From Haliotis rubra (Eukaryota): a stretch of DNA of 64,000 bases. A program made the translations under genes and the position numbers. Below are positions 24,240 to 36,919 of the stretch, in pieces. Under the pieces are notes generated by a model. That model worked only from the letters and a program-made list of their open reading frames with translations, did not search any database and was not told the DNA's origin. The stretch spans positions 558,001 to 622,000 of the forward strand of contig NW_025766981.1 in the NCBI RefSeq assembly GCF_003918875.1, written 5' to 3'. Numbering within the stretch: position 1 is the first letter of the stretch; each line of letters opens with the position of its first letter.

Positions 24240-24653
24240 AAGAGACGTAAGCCTCACTCAGGTCAATACTTAGGAGGACAACAACACAATGACACACATA
24301 TCACCAACAAGATACTGATAACATTGCACAGCCATCTACATACTCCTCAAATTAACGCGAGATTTTGATCCCATTTGACCTGGATGCAGCGTATGGTCTA
24401 AATACTACATACGGAAGGGAATAGAATCAAACAGGAAATATGACATTAAACTCAACAAAGCTGTTTTCCTTCATCTGTTAATAGGGTCAGTAAACGTTGT
24501 ACACTCACTGTACCGGTATCATGTCGCATATAAAAAATATAGATAATGTTGTTCGGGTTAAATTATACAGGAATGTCCATGTGATGTCATATCATGTGAC
24601 GACATATGTGGAGATATCGCCAGTAGTGGAGTGAGCACTGCACAACACACAAC

Positions 24654-27600
24654 ATGGAAACAGAACCGCTCCTGCAAAAGGTGGAGGAGTCCGCGGAATC
24701 TGGAGTCAAGAAATCTCAAATCAAGAATCTCCTCTTAGGAAATATGATATTGTTCATATCAACACTTGCGGTGTCGATGTTTTCGCCAGCGATGAGCCAG
24801 TATCTCTACAAACGGGTGACAGAGGACGAGTTTCGCAATCAAACTCTTGCAGGGAAAGGCCCAATGAATCAAACATGTTACCTGAACACGTCAAACCCAG
24901 ACTACATCCTTCAGGAGAAGGCACAGCAGGTCACCGCAGACAAACAAATGCAGTTCACATTTTTGAGAACTAGTCTTGCCATCGTCAGTAACATCATGCT
25001 TGGTTCCTACTCAGACTCTGTTGGGCGTAAGCTCCTCTTTGTCGTACCACTCACTGGTCACTGTTTGAGATTTGGATTGACGGCAGTCATTATGTACTGG
25101 AACTTGGATATCAACTGGTTTTTTCTTCCAGAAGGTTTAGAAGGGATATCAGGGACCTATTACGCTATGCTCCTTGCATCGTTTGCCTATACTGCTGACA
25201 ACACCCCAGCAACAGGTGCTCGAACCATGGGCATAGCCTTCGTGGAGTTCTTTAAGAGCATAGGATCTGCTGCCTCAGAAACGGCAACAGGCTACTTCAT
25301 CCAAGACGTGAACTTCTTCTACCCGACACTCACTGCCACGCTGATCGTTCTCGTGGACATTCTCCTAGTGGTGACACTACTGCCAGAGAGAAATGGGATT
25401 AAAAAGGCAAAGAGCAAATGGATAACACCTCTAGAAGGATGTCGACGAGTGTTCGGATTTTATGTTTTAGAGGGCACTAAGCGAAAGAGATTGTGTTTCG
25501 TATTAGCTATCTTGATATTCGTTTTTACAGCCTTGCCAACCGTTGGGTCATCTAATATTGACACACTTTTCAAACTGAACCTTCCATTTTGCTGGACACC
25601 AGAGAAAATAGGTTACTACAGTACAATCAGCTCTGTAGCACAACAAGTGATCGGGGTTCCGTTGACGCGACTGTTACAGTGTTGCTGTATTGATGAGGTG
25701 ATCGGAGTGATTGGTTCAGTGGCCATAGGCTTAGCAGACAGTCTTCAGTCCATTGTAAGCAAAGACTGGATGATGTATGGGCGTAAGTACATCGTAAAAT
25801 ATTGTCATTTCATTTTTCCTTGGGACCGGTGATTTTGTCTGATAATAATCCGGTTTCACTTTCGGTACCAGAAAATGTTCATTTGTCTCCGCTCAGACCA
25901 GGTCATGTTCCATTATTGTTGAAAATAGTCTGTGCGGATCTTTCCAAAATAAAATAATAACTGAACATTGACACACCAAACCGCTAAAAATAAGTTTTAA
26001 TTTTTTTTTAATTCATTTCTTATCTTGCGTGTGATTTTACGACTTCGTTAGAATTTCAGTGTTCTTTCAGTTGCGGGCATCAAGACTCCTTCTGCCACGC
26101 TGTTTCCAGTAGTTCGCTCAACCATGTCAAAGATGGCACCGGCTAACAAGCAAGGTCAGAACGCATAGAAGGAAAAGTGCACGTATCATGTATTATGTCA
26201 AATGACGCTCCTTTTCTCAGTCTAGGAAATATCCGTTGCCTTTGTCAAGAATAAGTAAGAAGACATATATTGTACAGATAGGTGTACAGATAAGCCTGCA
26301 TACTTGGACAATGTACTAACAATATCCTGTAACAATTCAAATCAAGTAGAAGCTACTCCTTCACTCAGTCCAGGAAATAACAGTTACCCCCTGTCAAGAA
26401 TACGTAGCCTTTGCGTCTGTCAAGAATAAGTAAGACGACATATATTGTAGGCGCACAGTAATCCCGCATACTTGGAGAATGTAGTAACAATATCCTGTAA
26501 CAATTCAAATGAAGTAGCAGCTACTCCTTCACCCAGACTAGGAAATAACAGCTAGCTGTCAGGAATAGGGAGCCATTGCCTCTGTCAAAAATAGGTAAGA
26601 AGACATATATTGTAGGTGCACAGTAAGCCCGCATACTTGGAGAATGTAGTAACAATATCCTATAACAATTCAAATGAAGTAGCAGCTACTCCTTCACCCA
26701 GACTAGGAAATAACAGTTAGCTGTCAGGAATAGGGAGCCATTGCCTCTGTCAAAAATAGGTAAGAGGACATATACTGTAGGTGCTCAGTAAGCCCGCATA
26801 CTTTTAAGAATGTACTGAAAGTATCATGTCAAATGAAGCTCCTTCAATCAGTCCAGGAAATAACCATTGCCTCGGTCAAGAATAAGTAACCGCTTCCTCT
26901 GTAAGGAATTAGTAAGAAGACATTGAGGTTTACTGGAGAATGTACTGACAATATCCTGTAACAATGCAAATGAAGTAGCAGCTGCTCCTTCACTCAGTCC
27001 AGGAAATAACACTTACCTGTCCAAAATAAGTAACTATTGCCTCTGTCAAGAATAGGTCAGAAGACATGCATTATAGGTGCACAGTAAGCAAACATATATG
27101 GGGAATGTACTGAAAATAGCATGTAACATTGTCAAATGAAGCTCCTTCAATCAGTCCAAGAAATAACCATTGCCTCGGTCAAGAATATTACCGCTACCTC
27201 TGTCAGGAAGACATTTTATGTTTACTGTAAGCAAGCATACATGTTCTGTTGTTCATATTTGAAACGTATATGCTCATCGTATAATCAACCCGTGTAGACT
27301 CGGATGGGATGAGTTTCCTCCCACTTGTTTGCTTACATTGGATAACCTTTTCTCGGTATACTGGCACATTGTATGTTCATGTTCCCGGCAGCTTCAGTCG
27401 AGGCATGAGGAAGTTAATTATGTGCCTTAGCATTCCAACCTATTTTCAGGCCACTCTGAAGCACTAAGAGAACGTCGTTCTGATAAAAAGCGCAGTCCTT
27501 TATAAAGCTGTACCATTGTTGCAGGTTCCCTGTTTGCCAGTTTAGCTGTGGTGGAGACCATGTGCTCGTTGGTGGGGACTTCTGTCTTTAATGGCATCTA

Positions 27601-28750
27601 CCAGGCCACGGTGGTGGTTTGGAGAGGTATGGTGTTCATCGTCTTGGGAGGCACATATATCGTCGCTGCTATTCTTCTTGTGTGAGTATTTAATGCACGT
27701 CTTTCTCAAGTCATTTCCGTTTTAAAACAAAATATATTCCTCGTTCTGATGGTAAGGTGATGAAGTATTTTAAGCATATAACGGTATTTCAACATGTGGA
27801 AATTCGTGATTAGAAACTGGGCTGGTTGGAAAAGGCGTCCACATTGGATTATCAGTCTTTCCATTGTGCGTCAGCGATCTCCCAAAGTTGTGATTAGGTA
27901 CTCACAACATCAATCACTTGATTGTCTGACCCAGATTTTACACGCTGCCTTGGAATATAGTACAACATGTGCTAATTGTTTGCACATGGCAATAGTTTAT
28001 CTACTGCAGGTAGGTAATTCATCACATAGCCTTCAAGCTGTATGGCCCGTGAAGATCTGGGTTAGAATTGATCTTCGTAAGAGGCGACTAATGGGATCGG
28101 GTGGTCAGGCTCGCTGACTTGGTTGACACGTCATCGTATCCCATTTGCGTAGAACGATGCTCATGCTGTTGGTCACTGTATTGTCCGGTCCAGACTCAAT
28201 TATTTACAGACTGCTGTCATATAGCTTGAATATTGCTGAGTGCGGCGTAAAACTAAACCCACTCACTCCAGCTGTGTGTGTGTTCTTTACCTATCATTAT
28301 ATTTTCTGTGAAAATATCATCACCTATATGTTCCACGTGGGTAATCCTAAAAAGGATGTAATTGTCACGCCGAGTCTTTGTTTCAGGGTATATATATTCG
28401 TGTCCAAACCGATCAGGTTGAAGCGAGATGTTCTGAAGGTTCAGCGCGATGTTCAGCAGGCTCAGCCTGAGGTTCCACATGTTCAGCGCGATGTTCAGCA
28501 GGATCAGCCTGAGGTTCCACATGTTCAGCGCGATGTTCAGCAGGATCAGCCTGGGGTTCCACATGTTCAGCGCGTGGTTACAGTGCATCAAGGGACTCAG
28601 ACTGACATAACCGTTGATCCAGACAAGCACGTGCATGCGCTGTCGGCGACAGACCTAGAAGTGGCGGAGGTCACCCGGGCCAGCATACACGTGCATGCTC
28701 AGTCAGAGTTTGGCGAAGAGGATGGAGACAATGTGAAAACAGACGGGTAG
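24654..28750 (+). CDS. SLC46-family MFS transporter, paralog 3 (~577 aa); exons 24654-25782, 26071-26154, 27525-27681, 28387-28750
   Basis: Open exon 1 (LGSYSDSVGRK, PFCWTPE), canonical GT-AG junctions, 1734 nt in frame. Confidence 0.92.
26195..27240. repeat. ~140-170-bp minisatellite, ~7 copies, gene 3 intron 2
   Basis: aaatgaag..ctccttcactcagtccaggaaataac...gcatacttggagaatgtact recurs. Confidence 0.9.
28046..28269 (+). mobile_element. Family B SINE in gene 3 intron 3 (insertion shared with genes 4 and 5)
   Basis: Same flanks as the 40128 and 48616 copies. Confidence 0.88.
28439..28564 (+). repeat. Coding 42-bp x3 repeat (VQRDVQQDQPEVPH) in gene 3 exon 4
   Basis: Three near-identical in-frame units. 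Confidence 0.95.
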
Positions 28751-29481
28751 TTGACTTACACGACAGACTAGAAGATTCCATGACATCAACAAATCTCCTG
28801 ACTGCGACAAGAGTGGACATGTTCCCATTTTGCCATTGCGTTTCAAGGACAGGCTATATACCATTAAGTGCTTTCATTACATGTTTTGTTTTGAACAATG
28901 TACAGGAACAATTATCAATCGCGTTTTTAAAGTTACATTCGCAATGCAATGGATCATATGTGTGTGTTGCAAAAAAGGACCAATTATATATGCACGAGAC
29001 ATTAAATTATTAACTCAGCTACACGCCAACAGACCCTCTATGTATTACTGTTAGTATAGTACACAATGCTGCTTACAAGTTGTTATAATTTTCTTGTAAT
29101 TATATTTATTGAAATTGCAACAGATGTTTAAACTTATCATACTGATGATCGCTTTCACAGTAATGTGTGATTATGTCATTTCATATTGGTAGAAAGAACG
29201 GTAACCTCGGATCTCCCAAAACCCCTACATCCCATAACCCCTACAGCCTATAACAACAAAGTTCATGATCCAGTGCACTGCTAATCTCCTGGCTGTTACC
29301 TATTTCATACAATGGACCAGAGGAAACACTAAGCATTTAAGAAAATGATTTCAAGGAGCATTTACCAAACTAAGAGTTTGAGAGAATGGTTTTAATTGAT
29401 GATAATTTAAAAAATTTAACAAAAGTTCAATAATATTGAACTTGAGGTTTAATTAACTTCATTTAATATCATAATGTCATA

Positions 29482-29531
29482 TCACGATATGGCTGAGATA
29501 TTGCCGATCTGACGTTAAATATTAACTCACT
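29482..29531 (+). mobile_element. Short retroposon tail (family C) with TSD
   Basis: cacgatatggctgagatattgccgatctgacgttaaatattaactcac flanked by tcataatgtcata; absent at the paralogous site ~41832. Confidence 0.7.
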
Positions 29532-30776
29532 CATAATGTCATAACATATAAGAACAAATTTATATATATTTTTCTACATATTATCTGTCAACATCAAGCA
29601 AATTGGTTTTGCCATGTTCCAGCCTCACGATCTCCATTTTGTTTGACTTTTTACCTTGGTACGTCCAAACAACGCAAAATCCGCAATAAATGCATCACAT
29701 ACTTCAGGAAACAAAATATGCATGTTTGGGATAGTCCGCTAGAATCAAATTTGGATATTAAAGTGCATAAAAAAGCAATTTGAAACTACAGTCGCTAGTT
29801 AAAGTGATTCCCCTTCGTGTTTATTGAAAGAGCTTGTTTTGGAGACAGATTTCAGATGACGTAATCATAAGGACATAACTTATTCTCATGTTTTCACTTA
29901 TTCATACAAGAACACCCCCATTGTACATGATGCCAAGGGTTCAAACTAAATACTGAATGGTCAAACAAATGTCAGCTCTCAATATATTGTAAAGTGTCAG
30001 CATGAATATTTGGACACAGTTTTTGAAAGATTAAAATGGGGGTGTCCTTGAAAAACAGCCCCCGTCTTAATGTAAATCAAACAATTCAAACCTGTAAATG
30101 TTGATTATGACGGGTAGTCATCCAATACTATACTGAACATATTTTATATGATATTATCTGAAGGCATACCATTATCCAAGAGGTCCTAAATGACAGTTCG
30201 TTTTTCATTTTTTGCAATTTGTTAAAGAAATACTATACCCCAATGTGGTGTGATATGTGAAATTTTGGATATGGTTCTGCTAATAATTTCTTCAAGATTA
30301 AAATGGAAGCTATTCAAACATTGGACATCGCGAATATAGTTTAAAAAGCTGGCTGCTTTTTGAAAGCCCCCCGTATATAGCACCCGAAATCATCTCAAAA
30401 TATTTATCTCAGTTTACTATCTCTAACACTATTACAACTGATATTATTACGATGTGCCAAATATATTATTACTATGTACATCAGAAAGCTAAAAAAAACT
30501 AGTTCAACATTTGATTCATCTCAGTTATTTAAAATGAATGATCAAAACCTGAATAACAACAGCACAATCTTATTCCCTTCTCATCTGTATACTCTATGCA
30601 GCTTAATCTCACACTGTATACTCCACCCTGTAATCTCTCCTTTGGGTCAGTTCATTATGCCAGACAGGTGAATGCCGCGTGTTGATTTAACTAATTGTTG
30701 AAAGAACAGAGAGCAAGGGAAAATTACAGCAACATGAAACATGAAAGGTGCTGGTTCAGTGGTGGTTCAAGTTCTC

Positions 30777-31008
30777 TCCGGGTTAGAATTGGTCTTCAGT
30801 AACCCATGCTTGTCGTAAGAGGCGACTAAAGGGATCGGTTGGTCAGGCTTGCTGACTTGGTTGACGCATGTCATCGTATCCTTAATGCGTAGATTGATGT
30901 TCATTCTGTTGATCACTGGATTGTATGATCCAAGCTCGATTATTTACAGACCGCCACCATCTAGTGGTACTATTGCTGAGTGTGTCGTTAAACAACAAAC
31001 AAACATCC
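30777..31008 (+). mobile_element. Family B SINE, 5'-truncated
   Basis: Flanked by duplicated agttctctcc; empty site at ~21368. Confidence 0.85.
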
Positions 31009-32069
31009 AGTTCTCTCCAGAAACCATTAGCAACATCCCATTCAATTCAACCAATGAATATCCTTTCACTTGAGGATTTACAAAAAGAGCATACACCACC
31101 ATGTTTCATTTCGAAAAACTACCATTTTGTGTTATATATAATTCATAATCTTATGCATATGTGTCTCTTGTACATTTTCTACCCAATAATACATTGTCTT
31201 ATTGCCTCTATTCTTCATGTACACACTCTATTTTTCACATTTAAGTTCAAATCAACTATGCAATATGAATTTCCTTTGGTATAATATAGCATTTTCCTAC
31301 TTTATATCTCAAATTTGAAATTAACTAAATACACCCTTGCTCCCAAGACTGTGTGTTAACTGTCCTTGTCGCTTAGAACATACTTTGGGCACATTACTAG
31401 TTTTAATTAGGTTAGCTTAAATTGTCTACCTACATGTACTTTACTTTCATTTTATGTTAATGAAAGAGACAGACATGCTTTTGTAACCTCGATCTTAATG
31501 GAATTTATTTTGATATTTACCAAGCTGTTTATAATGAATCTGATTGTTAAAAGTGATTATCAAACCACATATGTTCCATAATTTCCTGATAAGTTTATTT
31601 ATACCACATCTTTCACATCAGATATTTCATGCTTACTGTTGAATTTTGTCCCAGTATTTAATACTTTGAAAATCCAAAATGCGTAATCGACATGACAATA
31701 CATTATTGTATTTTTATTAACTAGACAAACAGCTCCATCTTGTGGCCAGACATTTCTTTAGATAAGTAAAGGTTGTCTAAATCAGTTCGAATGCTTGATG
31801 CTGTTCCATCTAAAGTACTTCGGTATCATCAGAATCTATGTACGAGCCTGTTATCAGTATTTTGAATATTTATCCCATTATAAGTTCTAAACATATTACG
31901 GAAAATGTCAGCAACAAAAAGGAAGGGATATACAGAGAGAGGGACACCTTGCCTGCATCCTCTTTCATTATGAAAGGATATGGATAAATACCAGGATCCA
32001 AACACACGTGAATTTTAGTGACGTATAAAATGTAGATCAATTTTGAAAGTTAATATTTCTCACGTCGTA

Positions 32070-32343
32070 GTGAGTGAGTGAGTGAGTTTAGTTTTACGCT
32101 GCACTCAGCATTATTCCAGCTATATGGCGGCGGTCTGTAAATAATCGAGTCTGGACCAGACGATCCAGTGATCAACAGCATGAGCATCGATCTGCGCAAT
32201 TGGGAACCGATGACATGTGTCAACCAAGTCAGCGAGCCTGACCACCCGATCCCGTTAGTCGCCTTTTACGACAAGCATAGTCGCCTTTTATGACAAGAAT
32301 GGGTTGCTGAAGACCTATTCTATCCTGGATCTTCACGGGTTTC
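32070..32343 (-). mobile_element. Family B SINE (duplicated-hairpin subfamily)
   Basis: TSD tctcacgtcgta at 32058-32069 and 32344-32355. Confidence 0.9.
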
Positions 32344-32727
32344 TCTCACGTCGTAAGGTTTCGATGGATAACTATTCAGTGATCTCCAGAAACTACTAGG
32401 AGATTTCTGGACAGATCGCGTTTGTAGCACAGCTTGATGGGTTAACATGTAATATAGCGTAACGTGGCTATGTGCCTGTCATCGTGTTCAGGTGGTTTGG
32501 TTTTCGGCTCGTGGTATGCGCATCTGTTCTGCCCGGCCCAGATGATGCACACATCGGTGTGTTATTGTGGACTAGAATTGGCAAAACATGATTACGTTCC
32601 GTCTCACTCAAACTATATATCTTCATAATAGTCCATGTTATACATCTGGAACAGTTTCGGGCTTAAAATCCATGAAATGACAGTCTCATGTATAAACACA
32701 ATATCTCGTATCCTGTTAACACGCCTA

Positions 32728-32914
32728 GTGGCGGTGGGGTAGCCTAGTGGTTAAAGCGCTGGCCCGTCACGCCGAAGACCCGGGTTCGAATCCCCGCATT
32801 GGTACAACGTGTGAAGCCCATTTCTTGTGTCCCCAGCCGTGATGTTGCTGGAATATTGCTAAAAGCGGCGTAAAACCATACTCAGTCAGTAAGTCAGTCA
32901 GTCTCAGTCAGTCA
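32728..32914 (+). mobile_element. tRNA-derived SINE (family A)
   Basis: TSD gttaacacgccta at 32715-32727 and 32915-32927. Confidence 0.9.
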
Positions 32915-33902
32915 GTTAACACGCCTAATGTAGAAATAATACTTACAGATCGTAAAACACCTGGACTTAAATAAGTTATTGTTTATTACTTAAGATCTAG
33001 ACTCAAACAACCCCTTTGCACAACATCCGTTACATCCTTACAACCTTACCAGATATCCTTGTGACATGTACACAATATTCGATTACTTACCTTTACTTAC
33101 CAGTTACTCAGCAGCATTAAAATTCCCTTAGTACTGACAGAGTTTACATTCGTCATCTCTTGCGGAAACTAGAGTTATCCCCCTTCGACTATGTCGGTCA
33201 CTGACACTGGGTTGCTGTAAATATTTGTCCGATATCCCAAGCGTTTTCAATCACGATATCGAGGAACACTTTTGTCCGACTGGCAATAACAGGATTGAAT
33301 TAACACTACGACGCCAGGTGATGAAATGCAACACAAACGCATCCAAGCGGTCACTGTCCAGTGTGTTGATTACAGGACTGAGTATTGAAATTGTTAGAAA
33401 TAGCAATTCACTGTTAGGAAATACTGAAATACTGTTGGTGTTAAAACAAACTCACTCAAAATGGTGGCAATTACACGTTAACGAAGCATGCATTCATCAT
33501 TACATATCTTAAGTGTTGCCCTGGTACTGTGTTTCTTGGTTTCTTATCAGTCCTCGTGGGTTACAGCAATTTTGGATAAAGCTGGAATATTGCTGAGTGC
33601 CGCGTTAGACAACAATGAATCTATCTATCTACAACAGTTTGGTGAAGATTAACACCCGCATCACATTGTACCGTTTTACAACAAGCTGACGCTGTGTGAT
33701 TTACCTCATACAAAAGTCCAAATAGACGTAACCCTCACTCAGGTCAATATTTAGGAGAACAACTTTAGTGACGTCAGTGACACATATCACCTTCAAGATA
33801 GTGATAACGTCACACAGCCATCTAGATTCCGGACAAACGACCAAAGCACTTGACAGACTCCTCAAATTAACGTGAGATTTTGATCCCATTTGACCTGAAT
33901 AC

Positions 33903-34194
33903 GGCATAGTGTAAAGTATGGAATGGATTTTGGAATGGAGTTTGGATTGGAATGATGGAATGGAATTTGGAATGGGAATAAATGGAATATACTCATCTTG
34001 TACTAAACAAACCAAGTGTTGTGCCTACCTTCAGACATAAATTAAATTGACAGTTTGTAAACAGTTCGGGTGTCGCTTTCCCTCCTGCTCCCAATTTCTT
34101 GCACCCCTCCCCCCTCCGGATGTAAGATAAGGCTAGTGGCAGACAGAGGTGTGGCAATACCCTGTCTCACAGTCCCTTAATCATTATATTTTCC
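33903..34194. mobile_element. Duplicated left end of the MULE-like element
   Basis: Near-identical to 35620-35910, preceded by the same cctgaatac, and ends at a SINE. Confidence 0.85.
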
Positions 34195-34359
34195 GGGGCG
34201 GTGGGGTAGCCTAGTGGTTAAAGCGTTGGCTCGTCACGCCGAAGACCCGGGTTCGATTCCCCACATGGGCACAATGTGTTAAGCCCATTTCTGGTGTCCC
34301 CCGCCGTGATGTTGCTGGAATATTGCTAAAAGCGGCGTAAAATCATACTCAGTCAGTCA
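34195..34359 (+). mobile_element. Chimeric family A SINE (recombination product)
   Basis: Left flank matches the 35912 copy and right flank matches the 32728 copy; no TSD of its own. Confidence 0.88.
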
Positions 34360-35619
34360 GTTAACACGCCTAATGTAGAAATAATACTTACAGATCGTAA
34401 AACACCTGGACTTAAATAAGTTATTGTTTATTACTTAAGATCTAGACTCAAACAACCCCTTTGCACAACATCCGTTACATCCTTACAACCTTACCAGATA
34501 TCCTTGTGACATGTACACAATATTCGATTACTTACCTTTACTTACCAGTTACTCAGCAGCATTAAAATTTCCTGACTACTGAGTTTACATTCGTCATCTC
34601 TTGCGGAAACTAGAGTTATCCCCCTTCGACTATGTCGGTCACTGACACTGGGTTGCTGTAAATATTTGTCCGATATGCCAAGCGTTTTCAATCACGGTAT
34701 CGAGGAACACTTTTGTCCGACTGGCAATAACAGGATTACATTTACACTATGACGCCAGGTGATGAAATGCAACACAAACGCATCCAAGCGGTCACTGTCT
34801 AGTGTGTAGATTACAGGACTGAGTATTGAAATTGTTAGAAATAGCAATTCACTGTTAGGAAATACTGAAATACTGTTGGTGTTAAAACTAGAGTTATCGC
34901 CCTTCGACTATGTCGGTCACTGACACTGGGTTGCTGTAAATATTTGTCCGATATGCCAAGCGTTTTCAATCACGATATCGAGGAACACTTTTGTCCGACT
35001 GGCAATAACAGGATTACATTTACACTATGACGCCAGGTGATGAAATGCAACACAAACGCATCCAAGCGGTCACTGTCTAGTGTGTAGATTACAGGACTGA
35101 GTATTGAAATTGTTAGAAATAGCAATTCACTGTTAGGAAATACTGAAATACTGTTGGTGTTAAAACAAACTCACTCAAATGGTGGCAATTACTCGTTAAC
35201 GAAGCATGCATTCATCATTACATATCTTAAGAGTTGCCCTGGTTGTGTTTCTTGGTTTCTTATCAGTCCTCGTGGGTTACAGCAATTTTGGATAAAGCTG
35301 GAATATTGCTGAGTGCCGCGTAAGACAACAATGAATCTATCTATCTACAACAGTTTGGTGAAGATTATCACCCGCATCACATTGTACCGTTTTACAACAA
35401 GCTGACGCTGTGTGATTTACCTCATACAAAAGTCCAAATAGACGTAACCCTCACTCAGGTCAATATTTAGGAGAACAACTTTAGTGACGTCAGTGACACA
35501 TATCACCTTCAAGATAGTGATAACGTCACACAGCCATCTAGATTCCGGACAAACGACCAAAGCACTTGACAGACTCCTCAAATTAACGTGAGATTTTTGA
35601 TCCCATTTGACCTGAATAC

Positions 35620-36919
35620 GGCATAGTGTAAAGTATGGAATGGATTTTGGAATGGAGTTTGGATTGAATGATGGAATGGAATTTGGAATGGGAATAAATG
35701 GAATATACTCATCTTGTACTAAACAAACCAAGTGTTGTGCCTACCTTCAGACATAAATTAAATTGACAGTTTGTAAACAGTTCGGGTGTCGCTTTCCCTC
35801 CTGCTCCCAATTTCTTGCACCCCTCCCCCCTCCGGATGTAAGATAAGGCTAGTGGCAGACAGAGGTGTGGCAATACCCTGTCTCACAGTCCCTTAATCAT
35901 TATATTTTCCAGGGCGGTGGGGTAGCCTAGTGGTTAAAGCATTGGCTCGTCACGCCGAAGACCCGGGTTCGATTCCCCACATGTGTTAAGCCCATTTCTG
36001 GTGTCCCCCGCCGTGATATTGCTGGAATATTGCTAAAAGCGGCGTAAAACTAAACTCAGTCAGTCAGTTATATTTTCCATTTACCACTGCTAATACATTT
36101 AATGAGATGACTGGAATATTATCTACTAGCTGTGTAAGTCGATATAGTAGTACCTTGGTAAATATAGTCATCTTCTTCTGTCTATGGGACACAATAGTTG
36201 TGTGAACAACTTGTTCTTATTTTGTATATAATCAAGTAATTGTGATTTTAAGTGACAGTTACTGAGACTATGTAGCATTTGTGATAATATAGACATTATA
36301 GATTGCTTTTTATGATAATAAACAAGATTAATGTCAAAATTAGTTCTAACATACATGTTATTTTCCTTCACATGGTGTTCTGTTGTGCTTCATAAATATA
36401 TCATGAGACTATTGTGTTGAGTAATCCGTTTCCTCCTCGATATATGTCTAATCCTGCCACAACACAGGTGCCTGCCACCATACAGGCATGCAGTTAGCCT
36501 TGCTTCAAAGATGTACAGAATAATTATTCAGGGATATATATTAGTAATTCCATCCCCATAATAAGCAAGTCTAGATACGTAGACAGCACATGCCATCGCA
36601 CTTTCTTCGATACATCTTGTTCTTATTATCTACATAACCTACAAAATAGTATTTGAACTAAAAACTTACTCCCCCAGAATCATGTGCCTTTGAGTGTGTG
36701 GTGGATGGGTCATGGCTGGAGAGAGAAGCTGACACCCACGTCCTTTTGCTTAGTGCTATATATCAGTCATCAGCTGTTTATAAACTGTCTTAGCATATTA
36801 GAGCGGAGACTTGTTTATAGATAGCAAATTTGTGTCACTCCAAATTCCATTCCAAATTCCATTCCACTGTTCCATACCAAATTCCATTCCAAAATCCATT
36901 CCATACTTTACACTATGCC
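35620..36919. mobile_element. Non-autonomous TIR DNA transposon with 9-bp TSD (Mutator-like), carrying a SINE
   Basis: ~75-bp imperfect TIRs starting ggcatagtgtaaagtatggaatggattttggaatgga. TSD cctgaatac at 35611-35619 and 36920-36928. Empty paralogous sites at ~45196 and ~24379. Confidence 0.88.
35912..36067 (+). mobile_element. tRNA-derived SINE (family A) nested in the MULE-like element
   Basis: TSD ttatattttcca at 35900-35911 and 36068-36079. Confidence 0.9.

Larger units (their letters stand above)
32915..35911. repeat. ~1.45-kb tandem segmental duplication (32915-34194 vs 34360-35911); the second copy has an internal 278-bp duplication (34607-35167)
   Basis: Near-identical blocks bounded by family A SINEs; the internal duplication has aaac microhomology. 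Confidence 0.9.

Noticed and set aside
33701-34015. Repeated 104-aa ORFs (also 35417-35731)
   Set aside because: They cross the MULE TIR/flank junction and recur only because the DNA is duplicated.
34195-34270. tRNA genes at family A repeat heads
   Set aside because: A/B boxes are present, but they continue into a shared body and tail with TSDs in about 10 diverged copies, so these are SINEs.
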